DNA from: an uncultured Chloroflexia bacterium
GTDB lineage: Bacteria; Chloroflexota; Limnocylindria; Limnocylindrales; CSP1-4
DNA length: 64,000 bases
Direction: 5' to 3'
Assembly (NCBI GenBank): GCA_963749705.1
Contig: CAVVNQ010000003.1
Location: 288,001 to 352,000, forward strand
The notes beneath the pieces were generated by a model. That model did no database searches and was not told the origin of the DNA. It saw only the letters and a program-made list of their open reading frames with translations. Each line of letters opens with the position of its first letter. Position 1 is the first letter of the stretch. This document shows, piece by piece, positions 60,803 through 64,000 of the stretch. Position numbers and translations under genes: made by a program.

Positions 60803-61013
60803 CGTCGGCTGCGGTTGAGCGGCTGCTTCGGCTGGCGCGCCACAGGCGCCTCGTTCATCGGCATCGGTGGACCTCCTGCGCGGATGCCGCGCGCATCGCC
60901 TGGACACCCATGGTCGGCCGCCATCGCAACCCCTGACCTCGCTGGGGGCACGCCCGGGCCCTCATGTTCCTCAGGAGGGCCCGGGCCGTTCCCTATCGCG
61001 GGCGAGAGGTGAC

Positions 61014-61433
61014 CTACACGTGAGTGCCGAGAGCCGCCGTGTAGATCTGGACCGCCGCGGGGAACCAGTCGCCGAGATGGTCGACCCCCTTGCCGTCAGC
61101 GGCGTGCTTGTCCATGGCCGGCGTGCCTTCGGCAATGGTGTGGTTACCGATGAAGATCGAGAACTCGTTCGGCATACCCGCCGCCCTCGCCTCGCCGACA
61201 GCCCACGCGAGCTGGCTGTCCGACAGGGGTGGAAGGCCGGTCTCGTCGGCCAGGAGCCCAAACAGCTCAGACAGGCTCCCGATGTAGACCCACGCACGCG
61301 AGTGGGTGCCTGCCGTCACGGTGCCAGTATCCGACCGGCTGGCGATGAAGCACTCGTGTCCGAGCGCGGTTCCGGCGCCGAGGGTGGCGATCAGCGTTCC
61401 GGCGAGGATCGAGCGGGCGAGAATGCGACGCAT
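61014..61433 (-). CDS. Small secreted protein
   Basis: Signal peptide MRRILARSILAGTLIATLGAGTALG then HECF; GGAGG RBS. Confidence 0.8.
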   Translation of the reverse strand: MRRILARSILAGTLIATLGAGTALGHECFIASRSDTGTVTAGTHSRAWVYIGSLSELFGLLADETGLPPLSDSQLAWAVGEARAAGMPNEFSIFIGNHTIAEGTPAMDKHAADGKGVDHLGDWFPAAVQIYTAALGTHV

Positions 61434-61496
61434 CGGTGGCCTCCAGCTGCGGCAGCTCCAGGGGGCGGGCTGCGTAGCCAGAGTCAACCGGTCGCG

Positions 61497-61514
61497 CGTC
61501 CCGAAATCGTTACG
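61497..61514 (-). promoter_or_regulatory. 18-bp motif CGTAACGATTTCGGGACG upstream of the secreted protein
   Basis: 16/18 identical to the motif at 58319-58336. Confidence 0.5.
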
Positions 61515-61571
61515 GAGGCCAGGATCTTGGGTTGCGCATCGCGGACCGCTTGAGGCGCTAGACGCGACGAA

Positions 61572-62786
61572 TCATGAGGCGCCTCCGCCGGAATGCCGGA
61601 TCCAGACCGACGCTCCGCTCGGTCCCAGGGACCGGACGATGGCCGCGATGGCACCTTCGGTGACCTCGTTCAGGTCGGTGACGCCCTGGAGATGCGCTGC
61701 AAAGCCGCCGACCGTCTGCTCCGCGTCGTACCGACTGCGGTTGAAGCGACGGTCGACGGCGGCCTGGATCCGCCGGCGTGCCGGCTGGAACAGGGCGGCG
61801 GCCGCCAGCGTCGAGGCGGCGACCGCGAGGCTGCTCTCGCTGGTCACCGGGGCGAGCAACGCCTGGAGGGTAACGATCAGCCCGGCGAACAGCGCCCCGA
61901 TGAGGCCGGTCGTGAGCGCCCAGCCGACAGTTCGGCTGACGATCCGGTCGATGTCCCACAGGTGGTAGCGGAGGATCGCGATCCCGATCGCGATGGGCAG
62001 CAGCGGCAGCATCGCCAGTCCCAGAGCCCAGGCGGCGTCCGAGATCGGCCCGTTGTTCGGGAGCGAGATCACGAACGTCACCACGGCGACGCTCGCGACG
62101 AGGCCAAACCATTTGAGCTGCTGGCGCTCGACAGCCGCCGCCTGCCGGTAGCGCAGGAACACACTGATCACCGCGCCTCCGAAGAAGACCGGCGTGGCGA
62201 GGTTGGAGACCAGGGTGACGATCGCGAGCACGTCGGTCGCTCCCGCGATCCCGAGCGGGTTCCGGATCCAGGGTGTGCTCGACAGTGGTCCGGGCGTGAA
62301 CGCCACGGCCAAGGTCCCAAGGATGCCGACCAGGCCGATCCGGCCGAATGCGCGCCAGCGCGGCCCCAGGAAGCGACCGGTCGGAAACAGCAGCGGAAGG
62401 TAGACCAGGAGCATCCCGATCGCGGGCAGGAAGGTCCAGCTCGACAGCCAGGCGATCGGGACCACCAGCGGCAGCCCCGCCGCGAGGTCATGGTCGTAGT
62501 TCACGTACGTGCCGCCGAAGATCCCGATCGCTGCCGCCAGCCCGGACAGCTCGAGCAGCCAGCCAACCGGATTGCCGACCCGGTACGCCACGAAGCCGCC
62601 GACCAGCGTGAGCGAGAGCACGATCGCCGGGAAGATCACGATGAATACAGGCCCGGTCGGCCCGTATTGGTCGAGCGTCGCGATCCCCAGCGGGATCCCC
62701 ACGGCAGTGAACGCAACGGCCACCGCCGCGATCGCCGAGATGATCGCCAGCCGCACTCGCGAGCGGCGCCGACTCCGGATCATCAT
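61572..62786 (-). CDS. Multi-TM receptor-like protein, paralogue 3
   Basis: NPVGW, FPTG, RQQLKWF, LRYHLWDID, VDRRFNRSRYD, ends LGPSGASVWIR. Confidence 0.88.
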   Translation of the reverse strand: MMIRSRRRSRVRLAIISAIAAVAVAFTAVGIPLGIATLDQYGPTGPVFIVIFPAIVLSLTLVGGFVAYRVGNPVGWLLELSGLAAAIGIFGGTYVNYDHDLAAGLPLVVPIAWLSSWTFLPAIGMLLVYLPLLFPTGRFLGPRWRAFGRIGLVGILGTLAVAFTPGPLSSTPWIRNPLGIAGATDVLAIVTLVSNLATPVFFGGAVISVFLRYRQAAAVERQQLKWFGLVASVAVVTFVISLPNNGPISDAAWALGLAMLPLLPIAIGIAILRYHLWDIDRIVSRTVGWALTTGLIGALFAGLIVTLQALLAPVTSESSLAVAASTLAAAALFQPARRRIQAAVDRRFNRSRYDAEQTVGGFAAHLQGVTDLNEVTEGAIAAIVRSLGPSGASVWIRHSGGGAS

Positions 62787-62878
62787 CGCGCGCGACCTCG
62801 GATCCAGACCGTGCTGAACGCGGGCTGCACGGCGGGGACCGCACACGTGCCGGTGGCGAGTGCCCGGGCCTGCGTCAT
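62783..62878 (-). CDS. 31-aa mini-ORF carrying only the receptor C-terminal motif (remnant or peptide)
   Basis: MTQARALATGTCAVPAVQPAFSTVWIRGRAR; ATGA overlaps at both ends. Confidence 0.55.
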   Translation of the reverse strand: MTQARALATGTCAVPAVQPAFSTVWIRGRAR

Positions 62879-64000
62879 CGCGCGATCCCGCCATGACGCG
62901 TCCAGACGCCCACCGACCGGGGCTGCATCGAGCGCGCCACGACGGCCTCCAGGTGCTCGTTGAGGGCCTCGAGCGCCGCGTCGTCGCGCAGCCCGGCCGC
63001 AAAGCCGTCGAGGACACGCTGGGCATCGACATGCGCCCGATTGAACCGCCGGTCGACCGCCGTCTGTACGCCGCGCCGCAACGGTTGGAACACGGCGAAG
63101 GCGACGAGGGTCGCTGAGGCGACGGCGATCGTGCTCTGCCCCGTCAGCCGGCTCAGCAGCACCTGGATGCCAACGACCGTCACCGCGAACAGGACCGCGA
63201 GGACGGCGCTGATGATCAGGTAGCTGATCGTGCGGCTGACGATCCGGTCGATGTCCCAAAGCCGGTAGCGGAGCACCGCGACGCCGGCCGAGATCGGGAT
63301 CCCCAGGATGCCAGCCGTGACCACGTCCTGGGTGAGCTTGTCACCGCCCGGTGGGAGGACGCCGAGCTTGCCCAGCGGGATGACCCAGAACACCAGACCG
63401 CAGACGGCGACGCTGAAGGCAAGCCACTTGAGCTGCTGACGGCTCTCCCCCGTCGCCCGGCGGAATCGAAGCACGAGGGCGCTGGCGCCGATGAAGATGG
63501 CGACGATGAGCGGCATGTAGGCAATCCAGCGCAGCTCGGGTCGGATGCCGATGTCGATGGCGAAGGGGTTGGACAGATAGGCGGCGTTGTCGAGTGGTCC
63601 CGGCAGCAAGGCGGCACCCAGTGTCGCGAGAGCCACGATCGCGACGTCGAGCCCCATGACCAGCCGCCAACGCGAGCTCAGCAGGCGGCCGTCCGGGAAC
63701 ACCAGCGGCAGGAACACGGTCACCAGCGCGATGGCTGGGATCCAGATCCAGCCGGAGACCCAGGCTGCGACCTCCCCTCCCGCATGGGCGCCCGGCTCGG
63801 CGATGAGGGCCAGCGTCGCGTACTGATCGCAGGCGCCCTCCACGGCCGACAGGATGCCGGCGGCCAGGAACAGCCACCCGATCGGGTTTCCCCGTACGCG
63901 GATCACGACGATGGCCCCAATCGCAACGCAGGTGACCGCGATCGCGATCGGAAATCCGCGGACCGACCACGTGCCTGGGACCTCCACCGACCACGTGTTG
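62875..64000 (-). CDS. Multi-TM receptor-like protein, paralogue 4 (5' end probably outside the window)
   Basis: NPIGW, FPDG, RQQLKW, LRYRLWDID, VDRRFNR, ends MQPRSVGVWTR. Confidence 0.88.
   Translation of the reverse strand, partial: NTWSVEVPGTWSVRGFPIAIAVTCVAIGAIVVIRVRGNPIGWLFLAAGILSAVEGACDQYATLALIAEPGAHAGGEVAAWVSGWIWIPAIALVTVFLPLVFPDGRLLSSRWRLVMGLDVAIVALATLGAALLPGPLDNAAYLSNPFAIDIGIRPELRWIAYMPLIVAIFIGASALVLRFRRATGESRQQLKWLAFSVAVCGLVFWVIPLGKLGVLPPGGDKLTQDVVTAGILGIPISAGVAVLRYRLWDIDRIVSRTISYLIISAVLAVLFAVTVVGIQVLLSRLTGQSTIAVASATLVAFAVFQPLRRGVQTAVDRRFNRAHVDAQRVLDGFAAGLRDDAALEALNEHLEAVVARSMQPRSVGVWTRHGGIAR

Noticed and set aside
1-64000. tRNA/rRNA genes, IS elements, prophage
   Set aside because: No cloverleaf or T-loop signatures in intergenic gaps; no transposase, integrase or phage structural motifs recognised

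Overview
Very GC-rich, gene-dense bacterial window with about 63 CDS. I see no rRNA, tRNA, CRISPR array, transposase or prophage. Gene content and style suggest Chloroflexota (possibly Limnocylindria/Ellin6529-like), which is an inference. Main blocks: (1) two diguanylate-cyclase-type proteins plus redox and regulatory genes (1-14 kb); (2) an Rrf2/IscR-led operon sufC-sufS-sufU-moeZ-cysO(MoaD/ThiS)-cysM-mec lacking sufB/sufD (15-22 kb); (3) a small XRE gene bracketed by four palindromic repeats, then xfp-ackA and a USP; (4) an ECF transporter with a nucleoside hydrolase; (5) a glucosylglycerate locus with a USP-USP-GpgS fusion; (6) housekeeping genes (galE, cca, HNH, pdxS/pdxT, Ycf45-like); (7) from 55 kb to the end, a partner-switching module (half-GAF/SpoIIE/HATPase fusion, two STAS proteins, a conserved unknown protein) preceded by at least four tandem paralogous membrane proteins. 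Best candidate for a new system: every membrane paralogue stops just after what looks like the first part of a GAF domain, and the phosphatase/kinase starts with the complementary last part, suggesting a split-GAF receptor array feeding one signalling enzyme. Three genes carry +1 frameshifts, probably sequencing indels. Many genes appear leaderless.
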